Positions 24,781 to 37,442 of a stretch of 64,000 bases of DNA are shown piece by piece. Every line of letters starts with the position of its first letter. The stretch's first letter is position 1. The translations under genes were made by a program, and so were the position numbers. The notes beneath the pieces were generated by a model. The model was not told where the DNA came from. It made no database searches and saw nothing but the letters and a program-made list of their open reading frames with translations. Source of the DNA: Podarcis bocagei (Eukaryota); the NCBI GenBank assembly GCA_964188305.1, contig OZ076895.1; one strand, given 5' to 3'.

Positions 24781-25801
24781 TTCCTGCCTTGCAACCTGTT
24801 TCTCCATCACTTGGGGTACTTTTTTTGCAACCTGATTCCAGTCCCAGAAGTGAGATAAACCAGTATAACTTGCCTAAATCTTTAAAGCACAATAAAAAAA
24901 GGTGGCAGAGGAATGCTCTCTGAGGAATGTTCAGCTCTCTTCTTCAATACACACTTTTCATTTCAATTTTTTTTAGACCACTCCCACTTTTGACAGGAAC
25001 AAAGCAGCTACACAAGAAAACAAACATGGTTGTGTTTGTCACATCTACAGCCTGCCTTAATTCTTCCTGCTTGGAGACATTTCTGTTGGGTGAGTGCAAT
25101 GCTGCCCCTTGCTTACTCCCCTCAAAACACAGCTAACAAGGTATTTGTTAACGTCTTCAAATAATGTTCTTAACAACAGGCTAAAACAAAATGTGCCCTT
25201 GTCAAGATAGATTGCAAATTGTGTTTCATCTTTCAAATGGTTGCACTCATCTGTGAAACAGATAAGCAGGCAGCCCTAAGGAGATACACAATATTAAGAC
25301 AAATTGCAAACACATTGGGTTTTAGTATACATTTTAATGAATTACAGCCTCAGAAAATAACTTAAGCCAGTCTATATCCTTTACTAAAATCCCATGTTGA
25401 CTGGATGGATGTTATATAGGCCAGCATGATTCTTCTACCAGAAACCACATGAAAATGAGCAATGTGAAAATGACTACGATGGCCTGGCAAATATGATTGA
25501 AAGGGCCCCCCTTTCAAGTGCTCAAGTTTCAAATCTAATTCATTTTTATGCTTGTGGGAGTAACTATCAAGTCCTTCATGAAACTCCTGAGAGAGTTTCC
25601 ACCTTTCTCTCATTATCAAAATGTCACACCAAGAAGCAGCCCTGTAGGTTCTCCTAGCAGCAATTAAAACCTTCAACACTTGCAGTGCAGTCCAACAAGA
25701 GCACTCAGCAAAGTAGCACCCTGGAAGTTGTTCTGGATTTGACTTCTTTCACCCTTTGCAAAGAAAGGTTCTGGGTTTCCCCCCTTCCAGCTCATGTCAG
25801 G

Positions 25802-25981
25802 TCATGTTTTAGATGTTCTTAAGCCTTGCTTTTCCATAATATTCCAGAGTTTGCGTAGATTTGACTGTGTGATGACATCATCTGGTTTAAACTGAAGGGC
25901 ATGGAGATAGTTTGATTCTGCCTCCAGAAGTTTGCCGTTGAGATGAAGAATCGCCCCCAGATTCATTAGGGCAGCTGGATA
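25802..25981 (-). CDS. TMTC2: TMTC2 last coding exon with TGA stop
   Basis: YPAALMNLGAILHLNGKLLEAESNYLHALQFKPDDVITQSNLRKLWNIMEKQGLRTSKT*, matching the TMTC2 C-terminus as I recall it. Acceptor ctttcttgctccag|TAT. Confidence 0.96.
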   Translation of the reverse strand, partial: YPAALMNLGAILHLNGKLLEAESNYLHALQFKPDDVITQSNLRKLWNIMEKQGLRTSKT

Positions 25982-26171
25982 CTGGAGCAAGAAAGGGGAA
26001 AGCAAACATGATTAAAAGTTTATTTTGTATTTTCTTTCTCTAGATAACCTTCACCAAAGTCACAAAATTAGTCCTTCATGTTTTTGTGGCCTACTTTCAT
26101 GGAAGCAATTTAACAATTCGTAATAAGCATGTAAAGGGAAGAAGGGTAAGGGCGGATTTACTGCTTACTCC

Positions 26172-26560
26172 ATTTTATTTATTTATTAAATTTATACCCA
26201 TGCTCCCAAAGGAGCTCAGGACAGCAAACAACAAATGATGAAACAATGAAACATATTTAAAACATTTGCAGTTCAGATACAGAAAGGGAAAGATCTCAGG
26301 TCAAAAGAATTGTTGGAGGGGGAGGGACTTCAGTAGGTGCCAAAAATACATCAGAGATGGTGTTGGACTAATATTTATGGGCAGGGCATTCCGAAGGGTA
26401 GATGCCACAACTCTAAAGACCCATTTCCCATATCGTGTGGAACAGACCTCCTGAGAAGATGGTATCTGCAGGAGACAGTCATCTGCAGAGCACAGTGATC
26501 AACTAGGTATTTAAGAAATGGTCCTGAGCTATATTGGGCTTTGTGCATCAGACATGGCAC
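26172..26560 (-). mobile_element. Old L2-like LINE 3' fragment
   Basis: (TTTA)n tail and GGCAGGGCATTCCGAAGGGTAGATGCCAC, similar to 61812-61845. Confidence 0.55.
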
Positions 26561-29162
26561 TGTGTAGTGTAGACATGGAAGAGTTTTTGTTCCACTCCCA
26601 TCCCAAATTGATGACCAAACAACAGGTATTACATGTAGTAATACAGGTCGGGCAGTGCCAGTCTGATGGCTGACGCGAGAGGTAATTAATTTTAAATCAA
26701 CCCAAAGATTTCATAAATTATTGTAATAGTTAAGGGCTTGCTTACTTTGTTATTTTTCAAAGTGCAAAGCTGATGATCGTATTATTCTGATTAGTGTTAA
26801 GACAAGTGGCGTTTAACTGAAATCTGGCAATCAAAAATAATTATAGACAAACATTTAAAAGAGGCATCCACAAAACCGTCTGGCATCCTACTCCACAAAA
26901 TGGGTAGGAAATAACAGCAAAATTCTGCACCAGGCAAGGGAGTTTTCCTAGCTGAAATCTCATTAAAAGCTTGCTACCAAATAATAGGTTAGCAATAGTG
27001 AATTGCTAGCCGAGTTGTGACCTAAATGCATTTTTGGATCCATAGAGCTGAGTCCAACCAATGTCCTGTTCCCTTTTTATTGTTTTAGAGCCTAAAATAA
27101 AGGCACTATTGCATGTGACTTGGTCTACACTGGAAGATATAATGAATAAGGTTAATTATCATTACACCACCACACGCTACTACCCAGAACATATCATAGA
27201 CATATCCCACCACTACCAGTGTGAAAACTGATTGCCACTGAGATTCATGGCAAAGCTGTAACTAAAGTTCAAGATGCACGTATTTCTTTTCTGCAGCTCA
27301 AATCCCACAAGTACTTTCCAGGCAATGTCAAAGGAGTTAGGAATGCCAAAGGAAATAACAAAGTTATAATAATTGGCATAGAGCTATAAACAACATAGTG
27401 TATTTCGTGGCGGTTAAAATATTGAAATAGCGCTTCCCTTTCCAGATGTTTATTAGATTCTTTGCCACTCTCCCCCCAATGTGTACAAAATATGAAGCTC
27501 CAATTGAGACAGGCATACGTATTCTCACAAATCAATGGGTACCACCCAATGATGTTCACCCATCTGCACAGCCAAAATTCATTTCCGCAATGGGACACCT
27601 GGATTCTCTTTCTACCCTGAAGTTCTCCAAATCCTTTTAGAGCAGTATTTTTTTTTTTTGGGGGGGGGGTTAAGTGGCTGGTTTGCATGAGGAGAACAGG
27701 AAGGAGACTTCACCCAATATATGTATATAACTGGTACAGTCCTCTTTAATCCTGTTTTCTTCTTACTGGAAAATGAGGTGTGGAAGAGGAAATAAAGAGG
27801 TAAAGCAAAATAATTTACCCTTTGCAAACCAAACCAGGTAACACTGGGCATATAAAACATAGACTACCATTTGCAGATTTTGGTTTTGCAACATGAGCCT
27901 AAATTGTTTTTTCTCTCTCTGTGAGGGAATTAGAATTTAACAGTAGTATTACCTGCCATATGTGCACTATTTCTCAGTACAGCCAGTATGCCATTCTACT
28001 CAAACATTGTAAACAAGGAGAACTAATAAATGAATTCATAAAGTACCTTTATTTCCATGCAGTACACAACACCCTGATTACCATACTGCTAGCTCTGAAA
28101 GCAATCTTGTTTACATGTATCGAAAAATATCATGCTTTTTCATTCTCAGCTCATGAAAGCAGGTTAAATATCAAATAAAGTGAAAACTCGTTTTAGATAT
28201 TATTTCATATTATATTTAGACGCTATCCTAGTTGACATTTGAAACCTGTTTTCTCTATAAATATAGCTAATAAACCAGCAGCTTTCATTGAATTGTAAGT
28301 TCTGAAGCTGACACAAATATCATCTGGCCCAGCTTTCTGCCCCAGCATAGATACTTCACAGAGCAAGTCATATCCACAATGCATGAGTAACTCAGAATAA
28401 AGGAGATAATATCACAAACAGAAAACAAGGGGCACTTCATCTATGACACACAGATGAAAATAAAGCAAGACTTAACAAATAAAGTATCTCCCACGAACCG
28501 TCTGGAAATATGTGAAAGCACACCATTCTATTGGACAGGGGCTGAGGAAAAAAGGAACACACCTCCAGAGTTGACAGCTAATTTTGTTTGGGTGAAAATC
28601 TCTTTCTCAGCCTAAATGTGAAAATCTAGGAGGGCTGAATCTTGTCCATTCTTATCTGATGAAATCAACAGATTGAATTTTCAAGCAATCTTTTGCATGC
28701 GAGACCAATTTTGGGATTGGCTCCATTTTTCTGGAGCAACAACTGTTGTGACAGTAGGATGTTACAAAAACAGGACACATTACAGAGGTGGGAAAGTTCG
28801 TTTTGTGCTCGTTTCACTTCCTTTTTGTAAGGCATATCCTACGTTGAACAGACCAATTCTAAATATCTCCTACAGAGAAAATACATTTCCCCTGTCAACT
28901 AATTCTCCAGAGGATCACGGCACTCAGAACCTCTGAAGGATGCCTTGCTGGAAAATGAGAAACACCTCATTCTCAATGTCAACATATTGTGAAGAGATGG
29001 GCAGAAGTGAGGAGAAGTCCCTAACTCCAAGAGGCCTGTAGTGGAGCACCAGATTAAAAGAAATGTGAGATACCTTTTAAAGATAAGAATTCTACTTGGT
29101 TTTTAAATCACGGACGTTCCTCATTTGTCTCTCTGCATATTTCATGTCAACCAAGAATGTAA

Positions 29163-29430
29163 CAGGGTTCCCATGCATCCAGAATTTTCCAGACATATCC
29201 AGAATATTGCATTCACCAGCAGTGTCCGGAAATCGGCCAAATGTCTGGGAAAATCCGGCCGTATAATAGCCCATGTTGGCAGTGCTGATTTTGCCAATTT
29301 CCCCTTTAAATAGTTCAAAAGCGGGAAATGTTTTTGTGATCTTGCAAAAAAACCAAAAAACTTTGGGGAAAACTAAAAAAAACAAACAAATTCTGTCTGA
29401 ATTTTCACTGTTTGAAATATGGCAACCCTA
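29163..29430. mobile_element. hAT (Blackjack/Tip100-like) MITE
   Basis: CAGGGTTCCCAT ... ATGGCAACCCTA. Perfect 8-bp TSD gaatgtaa at 29155-29162 and 29431-29438. Confidence 0.85.
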
Positions 29431-30581
29431 GAATGTAATAAATTAATCACCTAGCTTTAGTTGATATCTTTCTGGGGGGTGGAAGTCATTTTTAACATTA
29501 GAAATGGGGAACTATGCAAATTGCTTACTATTTCTTTGCAGACTCTGTGCTTGCCTGTCTGAAATATTATTTATTTAGCATTTTCACCCAGCTTAGACGT
29601 TTTCACCTCTGAAGGAAACAGTCATTCCTCTCCCACAGATGACACATAAAGTTGAAAGCATCCACACAGCACCACCACCTCTTCGCCAAGCAACTCTTCC
29701 ACATTGCTTTGTGATGCGTGAGATTTGGCACTGGCACACTCTCTCTGTGGCTCACGGATGACAGAAGAATGGATGGCACCTGTCTGCTCAAGCCAGTGTT
29801 ATCGCATTCTGCCAGCTGAACGCGATGAAGCCTCCGCCACAATTGCTGGGGCTTTTCTCCAAACACATAATCTTTGATTTAAGATAGATGAAGAAGCTTT
29901 ATGGCACATGAGTGGTGCCAGTCAGCAGCTACCAGCGCAATAGTGTGGAACTCGCTGCAACCGCAGAACAAATGACCCCCCACACCACATGAAAGGAAAA
30001 CCAACTCCTTTATTCATTTCCTTTTGGAGACGGAGGCTTTGCATCAAACGGAGCCAGCTGGAAGTCCTATTAGAGTTTTAATGGAAGTCTCTTTATGGCA
30101 TTCTAGGAATTATTCCATTATTAGAGAATTCCCATCTAATCATTTTGTAGGCTTTGGAAACTTATTGCCTTACTCCTCAGACTTTGCTGTGTTAGTTAAA
30201 AAAGAAAACTGTTCGCCAGCGAGTGCGTGAGCTCAGCCACCTTGGTACTGTGGCAAATGCACATGATAAGGGTCACAAGCAAATATCGGAGTGCAACTGG
30301 TTCAGCCTAAGAAGTGAAATGTCCTTTACGCAACAGAATTTTAACAAGCAATAGGTTAAGGAGTGAACTAAAAGGGGAAATATTGCATTTGCAAGTACAG
30401 GCAATTTCTCATTTGTGTGCATGCACATGGCCACAAACCCAGAAGTGGCACAAATGGGGAGAAATGGCTGTAAAAGAGGGCAAAAGGGGCAAAAATGGTG
30501 CAAAAACAGTGTCTAGCAATCCCACGACCTTCACAAGTGCAATCCTAGGAGCCTTTGCACTGACATCTGAGGCCTGTAGAG

Positions 30582-30717
30582 CTGGCTTCCTCAGCCTCGG
30601 CCCTCCAAATGTTTTGAGGCTACAATCCCCATCATCCCTGACCACTGGTCCTGCTAGCTAGGGATGATGGGAGTTGTAGACCAAAAACGTTTGGAGGGCC
30701 GAGGTTGAGGAAGCCTG
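30582..30717. mobile_element. Palindromic hAT (Charlie-like) MITE
   Basis: TIRs CTGGCTTCCTCAGCCTCGGCCCTCC / GGAGGGCCGAGGTTGAGGAAGCCTG. Perfect 8-bp TSD ctgtagag. Confidence 0.88.
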
Positions 30718-31057
30718 CTGTAGAGAGTAGGAGTTTGAGCAATTAGGTTTGGAGGGAGCAATTGTGGTGGAGTTGGTGGGTTTTTGTTTTTTCAAAGATT
30801 TCCAGAGGTTTAGAGGGTGTTTGCAGGCTTTTTCAATGGTGTTTCCAAGATACGCAATTTCACTTAAGTGTGTGGTGCCTCAGAACGTAACCTCCACATA
30901 AATGGGGAGTGGCCTATAGAGGATAAAGAGTACACCCTGAACCCAAATTAGAATCCTTTGTGGAAGGACCACCTTTCAGGAATCAGATTTGTGTGCTGCG
31001 ACAAGCATTATAGACTCCTAGGGATAGTTGGTAGTGCCATGCTCTGCTCCGCTACAG

Positions 31058-31160
31058 CAGGGGTGGGGAATTTAAGTTGTTGGGCTCCAACTCCCATCAA
31101 CCCTGGTGTTTTGGCTTTGCTTGCTGGGGCTGATGGGAGTGCAGGAACATCTGGAGGGCT
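31058..31160. mobile_element. Degenerate copy of the palindromic hAT MITE
   Basis: CAACTCCCATCAACCC...GGGCTGATGGGAGT...CTGGAGGGC core. Confidence 0.6.
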
Positions 31161-32013
31161 TCAATCTTGCTGCTTCTCCTGTTCTGCCTTTTCTCACAGT
31201 TTGGTCTCCCCACTTCCCTGGCTGACTTTTATGTATTTCTCTTTTCAGCATATATGACCACATCCTGCATTCTCCATTCACTCCCACACAGCTCTTCTAA
31301 ACAACCCCTCATTTGCCTTTATACTATCAGCCAACAGAACTCCATTTCTTCATTCTGTCTCCCTGCTAAGTTCAAGTCATATACTCTATCATTCCAAAAT
31401 GCAATCTTCTTTTGCATTGCCTCTGCTGTTCTCCATCTTGAACAGGGCCAGGGAAGGTCTTAATTTGTATGCTAACTCAGACTACCCTCGGGCCATTGAC
31501 AATTATTTGAAATTGCTGCCTGAATTAGCTCCCTGCTTATAGGTAGACAATTACAGACACCACCACATACAAGGCCAAACTCCTTGCACACCTCTGTTAA
31601 ATGCTGAACGTGTTCTGAATAGGAAGACAAACATGCATTGCTAGTCTGCTGCCCATGTGACAATTACTACCACGAGAAAAATTTCAAGAAGATGCCATCG
31701 GACCAATGGTCCGGACATTCAGTCCTTTGTTATTTCCTGACAGGGGAGGCCATGCACAACAAAAAATGCACTGGGTGCCTAACGTTTTGTCTAAGGTCCA
31801 TTCATGGTACCTGATGTTTGAGCGAACCTGAGCTTGAGCAAAGGTTCAGCCAGTATGGAAGCAGGATCTGCAGCAGATATGTTGTGATACTGGAGGGCTG
31901 CTTAAAGCTAAGAGACTGCTCATCAGCAGGAGCTGGGATGGGAACTCAGATGCAAACTGGGCCTCAGACATAAATTCAGAGACCCCAAATTAGGGATACC
32001 TAAAGGAGAGCTA

Positions 32014-32365
32014 GAGATGCGGGTGGCGCTGTGGTCTAAAACACTTAGCCTCTTGGGCTTGCTGATCAGGTTGGTGGTTCGAATCCCTCAATGCGGTGAG
32101 CTCCCGTTGTTCAGTCCCAGCTCCTGCCAACCTAGCAGTTTGAAAGCATGCAGTGCAAGTAGATAAAAAGGTACTGCTCCGGTGGGAAGGTAAACTGTGT
32201 TTTCGTGCGCTGCTCTGGTTTTGGCCAAAGCGGCTTAGGCAGAAAAACTATCTGCGGAAGCGGACAAACGCCAGCTCCCTCAGCCTGTAAAGCGAGATGA
32301 GCACCGCAACTGCAGAGTTGTTTGTGACTGGACTTAATTGTCAGGGGTCCCTTTACTTTTACCTT
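32014..32365 (+). mobile_element. Full-length Sauria SINE
   Basis: GCGGGTGGCGCTGTGGTCTAAA head, GGTTCGAATCC B box and GGGGTCCCTTTACTTTTACCTTT tail. 13-bp TSD taaaggagagcta / taaaggagaccta. Confidence 0.92.
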
Positions 32366-35300
32366 TAAAGGAGACCTATACGGAGCTGCTATCCAACCTT
32401 TATAGCTAGCCCCTGGGTGACCTGCAGAGTTATAAGGTACATTTGGTCCCAATCTTGGCTTTTCCGTGTTTCTGACGATTGCCATTCCTGAACAGGCCCC
32501 TGGCAGCAAGATGTGAATCTCATGAGTATTCAGCACCATTTGGAACGGCTGGGGAGAGATGATCCAGCATAACCTTGATGTCCATTTTTCATGGATGAAC
32601 CTTATGCCCTGGAATCCAGGAGTTTAAATATAGATTTAATTTAAGAACTAGTTAAGGGGGCTCACTGTTGAACTTTACTGAAGTGAAAAATCTTCAGGAC
32701 ACAGAAACGACTTTAATATTTGAATAGTGAAAGTTCACTTCGAAAACGTGAAATGCAGAGCTTTTGAATACGAAAGAATGAAAAATAACATATTGTTGTT
32801 AAATTGTGTGTGTTCATGTGCTTGTAGGCATGCCTTGGTGGGTGGGATGGCCATTGAAAGTCAGATTTCTCACCCTGACCAGGAATGAATGGAGGGAGGA
32901 AGGGATTTCTGCATTCCAGTGCAGAATATGTGATTAAAATATGCTGGCAAGACATCCAACTTCCTCTCTCTCTCCTTCCCCATTTCTAACAAGTTTCTCT
33001 CTGGTAAACAAAATACCCTTGTTTGCTGGGTTTTAGTGAAAAAAATAAAATAGAGGTCAAATCTCCTGACTCTCCAAAACTGATTGAAGTGTCATTAGTT
33101 CACATCAGGCATGCTCAGTCAGGTGGTTTTCTTTTCTTTTTAAAGAACAAACAGTTGCAAGGCCTTTGCAGCTGAGTGAGATTTAATGCTCTGAAAAGCA
33201 CGCTTCCCAAATATTTTAGCCGTGTCATTAGACAGCTCCCTCTTCTAAATATAAAGAGCAACTGATCTCCATTTGGAGGTTTCAGCTTGCTAATTGAAAA
33301 CATGCACAGTGGCTTGATAAAGCGCAATGAAGTAATAAAAGGAGAAAATGAAAAAAGATTTATCTGCAGGCAGCATCACCGAGCATGAAAGCTCCTCATG
33401 GTGGCCCTGCTTCATCTTGCCGATGACCAAGTTATAATGTGCTGTCAGGCCTTTTAATCCTCCTGTGGTGACGGCAAGAATTTTCACTTGAACTTTTATT
33501 ACTGATGTCACTGTCATGCTGCAGTGTGCTATTTTCCAAAGCAATCAAAATGTCAACAGCTTCTTTTTATTGCTAAAGAGAACTGTGCACAGCTGAATCA
33601 TTCCGGATGTGGCATTTATTTTTTGACAAACCCCAAAGTGTTACCTTCAGAGTTAGACTGGGACAAAGATGCTACTTTAGAAAGAAGGTGCCGATCCCCA
33701 ACAAGGAACTACAACACACAAATCCTGACCGGGAAAGCTGTCTGCAAACAGACGCTGGCTCCCTTGGCCTGAAATGCATGAGCACCATAGTCAAGTTTGA
33801 CTAGACTTAACTGTCCATGGGTCCTTTACCTGCGTCTGGGTGGGAATCTGAATTTTAAACAACAGGAAACCACAGAAAGAAATGCTCTGTACATGATGGA
33901 ACTGTTTGTAATGATCTTTACTTCTGGACCATCTCCGTTCAACAGATAATGGATAGTTGACATACAACCCTAACAGGGAGAAGCATCTTGGAACTGGTTT
34001 AGTCTACTTTACTTTTTCAAATTACCATATCCAAAGAGAACAGTTTCTTAGCACCATGAAATGAACGTCATGCTGTTTGGGTTCTGATCCTCCAACTTGG
34101 ATTTTTTAATATTTTTTTAAAAAAATATTATATTTTTAAAAATTTTTTAATTGTTTTTGCGGGGGCGACTGTTGTTCAAATATACTCAACTGGTGAAAGA
34201 TATTTGCCATTTACATTTGTACAAATTTCTTATGTAATGGATTATATACTTGCAAAGTATGAATACAAAACTTTATAAACTACTAAGTATTACATGGCAG
34301 CCTAGGAATCCCCAGGGAACATTTACTGTAAAAGTAAGCCTACAGTTTTTGCAATAGCTATGCACCAAGAGCTCTGATACACAGTTAAATACGTATGCTC
34401 TCCACAATTATTCATTCAAGCCATATGGAAACCAAGCTGCATATTTAAAAATATTATTTCATTAGTATAATAAAACTTACCAAACACTGATAAAAGCTAT
34501 AATTTTTTTTTTAAATACTGCAGCTATTTTATTTTTGTAATACTGCAGCTATAATTTTTTTTTTAAGTAAAACTCTAACGTATGTGTTACGGACCTCACA
34601 AAGTGCTTATAATTAAACTCCTCTGGCTTTCTAAACCAAATACTTTCAGGATTATACAGCCCATAATTATTGCATGCAATTGTCAAACCATTTGGCGTTA
34701 AATGCAAGCATATTCAAATCACTGATTTTTTGTTTATAGGTCTCAAGCTGTGCTTTCATTCCTAAAACCTGCAATTCAATCATTTTCACATCTAGCAATT
34801 TGTTGGATTTATCAGACAGTAGCTTTTTTTCCCTACTAGCAGTTGGGAGTTCTATCAAATGAAAGATGTGATTCAGATCAATGGCAACCTTGCAACTTCT
34901 GCAATATCTGACATTTGATGCCATAAGCTGTAATAGCTTGGCAAAACAAATACCAGAGGTAGAACGGAATGACTGCAAGCCAGTATGATCAGAGACACGC
35001 TGATCCAGGGAAGTACACTGACTGCAAGATCATTTCTATTTGTATTATGGAGTTCTGTACTCTCACTTACACAAAGAATTTCAAGTTGTTATCATACTTC
35101 TGATGTTTTGAATATGGTTCAAATTAAAATAAGCCACCGAGAAAGGAGTTAGGTTTATGAATTATTATTGTTCTTGTTATTTATTAATTTATGTACCACT
35201 TATACGCCAAAATGGCTTCTACGCAGTTTACAGCTTTAAAATCAATTATTCAAGCCGTATGTAATTAAATTCCACAATAACAACTCCATAAGCACATTAA

Positions 35301-35445
35301 AGTATGCTTAGTTAAAACAGACAAACCCATTAAAAAAAGTGACAATGAAAACGGTTTTTAAAAAAGGAACATTCTAAGATCAAATGCAACCTGCCAATAA
35401 TCAAGAATTTCCACAAATCCTGCGAGTACAACTAGCAGTCTAGTC

Positions 35446-35769
35446 CATGGGTAGGCAAACTAAGGCCTGGGGGCCAGATCCGGCCCAATGTCCTTCTAAA
35501 TCTGGCCTGCGGACAGTCCAGGAATCAGCATATTTTTACATGAGTAGAATGCGTCCTTTTATTTAAAATGCATCTCTGGGTTATTTGTGGGGCCTACCTG
35601 GTGGTTTTACATTAGTAGAATGTGTACTTTTATTTAAAATACATCTCTGCGTTACTTGTGGGGCATAGGAATTCATTCATTCCCCCCCCCAAAAAAAATA
35701 GCCCGGCCCCCCACAAGGTCTGAGGGACAGTGGACTGGCCCCCCTGCTGAAAAAGTTTGCTGACCCCTG
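35446..35769. mobile_element. Non-autonomous hAT (Charlie-like) element
   Basis: CATGGGTAGGCAAACT ... AGTTTGCTGACCCCTG. Perfect 8-bp TSD gtctagtc. Internal ~60-bp duplication (35533-35593 vs 35605-35664). Confidence 0.88.
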
Positions 35770-35904
35770 GTCTAGTCCATCAAAACTGGTTCTGTCAATG
35801 AACATGATAGCTTCATTGCAAGATTCCTCGCCAAGCTCTACTTTCATTGATATGTTCTCATATTCACTTGAGGCTATGAGGAGAAAATAGCTAAATACAC
35901 ACAC

Positions 35905-36079
35905 AGGAACAGATGAAGCTGCCTTGTGCTATGCCAAACTATTGGCCCATGTGGTTCAGTACTGTGGCTCCCCAGGGTTTCAGGTAAGGAGCCTCTCCTA
36001 GTCGTACCTGGAGATGTTGAGGCTCACACCTGTGACCTTCTGCATGCAGAGCTGATACTCTGCTACTGAGCTACAGCCC
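35905..36079 (-). mobile_element. Old tRNA-derived SINE
   Basis: The minus strand starts GGGCTGTAGCTCAGTAGCAGAG and ends AGGCAGCTTCATCTGTTCC. Confidence 0.75.
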
Positions 36080-36994
36080 AAATATTTGTAAACATGCTAA
36101 TGGCCGAAAACGTCAGAGGCATTGGCCCAAAGCTGCTCTGCCATTCACATCACTCAAATTTCCACCTGACAGTTCCCACCTTTCGCTTGTGTGTGGAGCA
36201 ATTCTCTGTTTCTGTCACTCTCTGTAGGAGAGAAAAAAATGTGGTGTGAGAAAATGCTCTCTGCGTTCTCCAACCAGGGCATTGAAAAGAGCTCTCCAGA
36301 GTGCTGCTGACCACTTTAAGCAATGCGACTCCACGGCAGGAAAACTTGGGCAGAGATGATTAATTGAGAGCTGACAGTACATGACAGGTGCATCTTTTGT
36401 GATTCAGGAAAAGCTTTGTGAAGCAAGGCATCAAGATTAGGAAAGGGACAGGGACCTTAGCCAGAATCACAATGATTGTCAACATGAATATTCAAGAACT
36501 CCATGAATGGGCCACTGTTTGCATTTCCAAATGCAAACTACAAAACAGAACATGGCAGTGATATTTATCAAATGAAACAGTTAGTAGTAATGTGACACCT
36601 GAGGTTACAGCCTTTAAACAGACCCCAAAGACTTCTCCCGCCCCTTCCCCCAACCCCATCCTTTTTACTTATTTTACTGCTGGCCCCCAACACATAAAAT
36701 TTTATCTGATGCTGCTTTTATTACGTTATCTATTCCATTGTTTTTACTATTTTTATCATAAGATGCCTGGGGAGAACTTAGTATAAAAGGTGGGGAAGAA
36801 ATAAGAAGAAATTGAAACAAACCAAAACATGCATATACATCAGTTCACTTTATGTCTTTTTAAAATTTAGGCCAATGAAGCTAGAAATGGTCCTAGGTTT
36901 TGATTTAAGTTAAGCGGCAACCTTGATCTTTGTACTCTCTGTCCATTAAGTTAAAGTCTATTGTAGTTATTTCAACAGAAAAGTACTATTAGCT

Positions 36995-37097
36995 TAAGGT
37001 TACCAGACGTCCCCAGGTTTACAAATCAGTCCCCATACAAAACCAATTGAAGTTGAAAAGTGTCCCTGGATTCATTGGAAAAAATCTGGTAACCTTA
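36995..37097. mobile_element. 103-bp hAT (Blackjack-like) MITE
   Basis: Perfect 13-bp TIR TAAGGTTACCAGA / TCTGGTAACCTTA and perfect 8-bp TSD tattagct. Confidence 0.88.
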
Positions 37098-37182
37098 TAT
37101 TAGCTTCATCTTGCCCTGATAAAGAATGTACAATAATTCCATGAATCTGACAAAAATTGGAAGATTTTGAGGTTAGGTTTTT

Positions 37183-37184
<2 letters not shown>

Positions 37185-37230
<46 letters not shown>
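37185..37230. repeat. (AAT)n microsatellite
   Basis: Directly visible. Confidence 0.95.
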
Positions 37231-37231
<1 letters not shown>

Positions 37232-37442
37232 GTCAATTTGCAAGATAAATTTGAGCCCCAGGGCAAGGCAAGCATAGAGAGTTAACCCAATAATTCTCAA
37301 CCAAACAGACTAGTAAAATACACACTCCCATACAGTATGCAACAAGCCATAAAAGCAGAAGCTATGAAAAAAGTCAATTTCCTTCACATCATGTAATGTA
37401 TTGTTTTTTAAAAAAAGTAGTTGTGAAATATTAAATATAAAA

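Larger units (their letters stand above)
22020..25801 (-). other. TMTC2: Putative TMTC2 3' UTR (distal end uncertain)
   Basis: Follows the stop codon and is AU-rich. Minus-strand AATAAA occurs at 23717-23722, 23179-23184, 22663-22668 and 22042-22047. A22 at 23444-23465 would be a U22 tract in the mRNA. Confidence 0.5.

Noticed and set aside
25673-25804. Stop-codon readthrough of TMTC2 (UGA-C, 42 further open codons)
   Set aside because: The context is UGA CCU, not the strong UGA CUAG motif. The extension has no recognisable signal and its length is plausible by chance.
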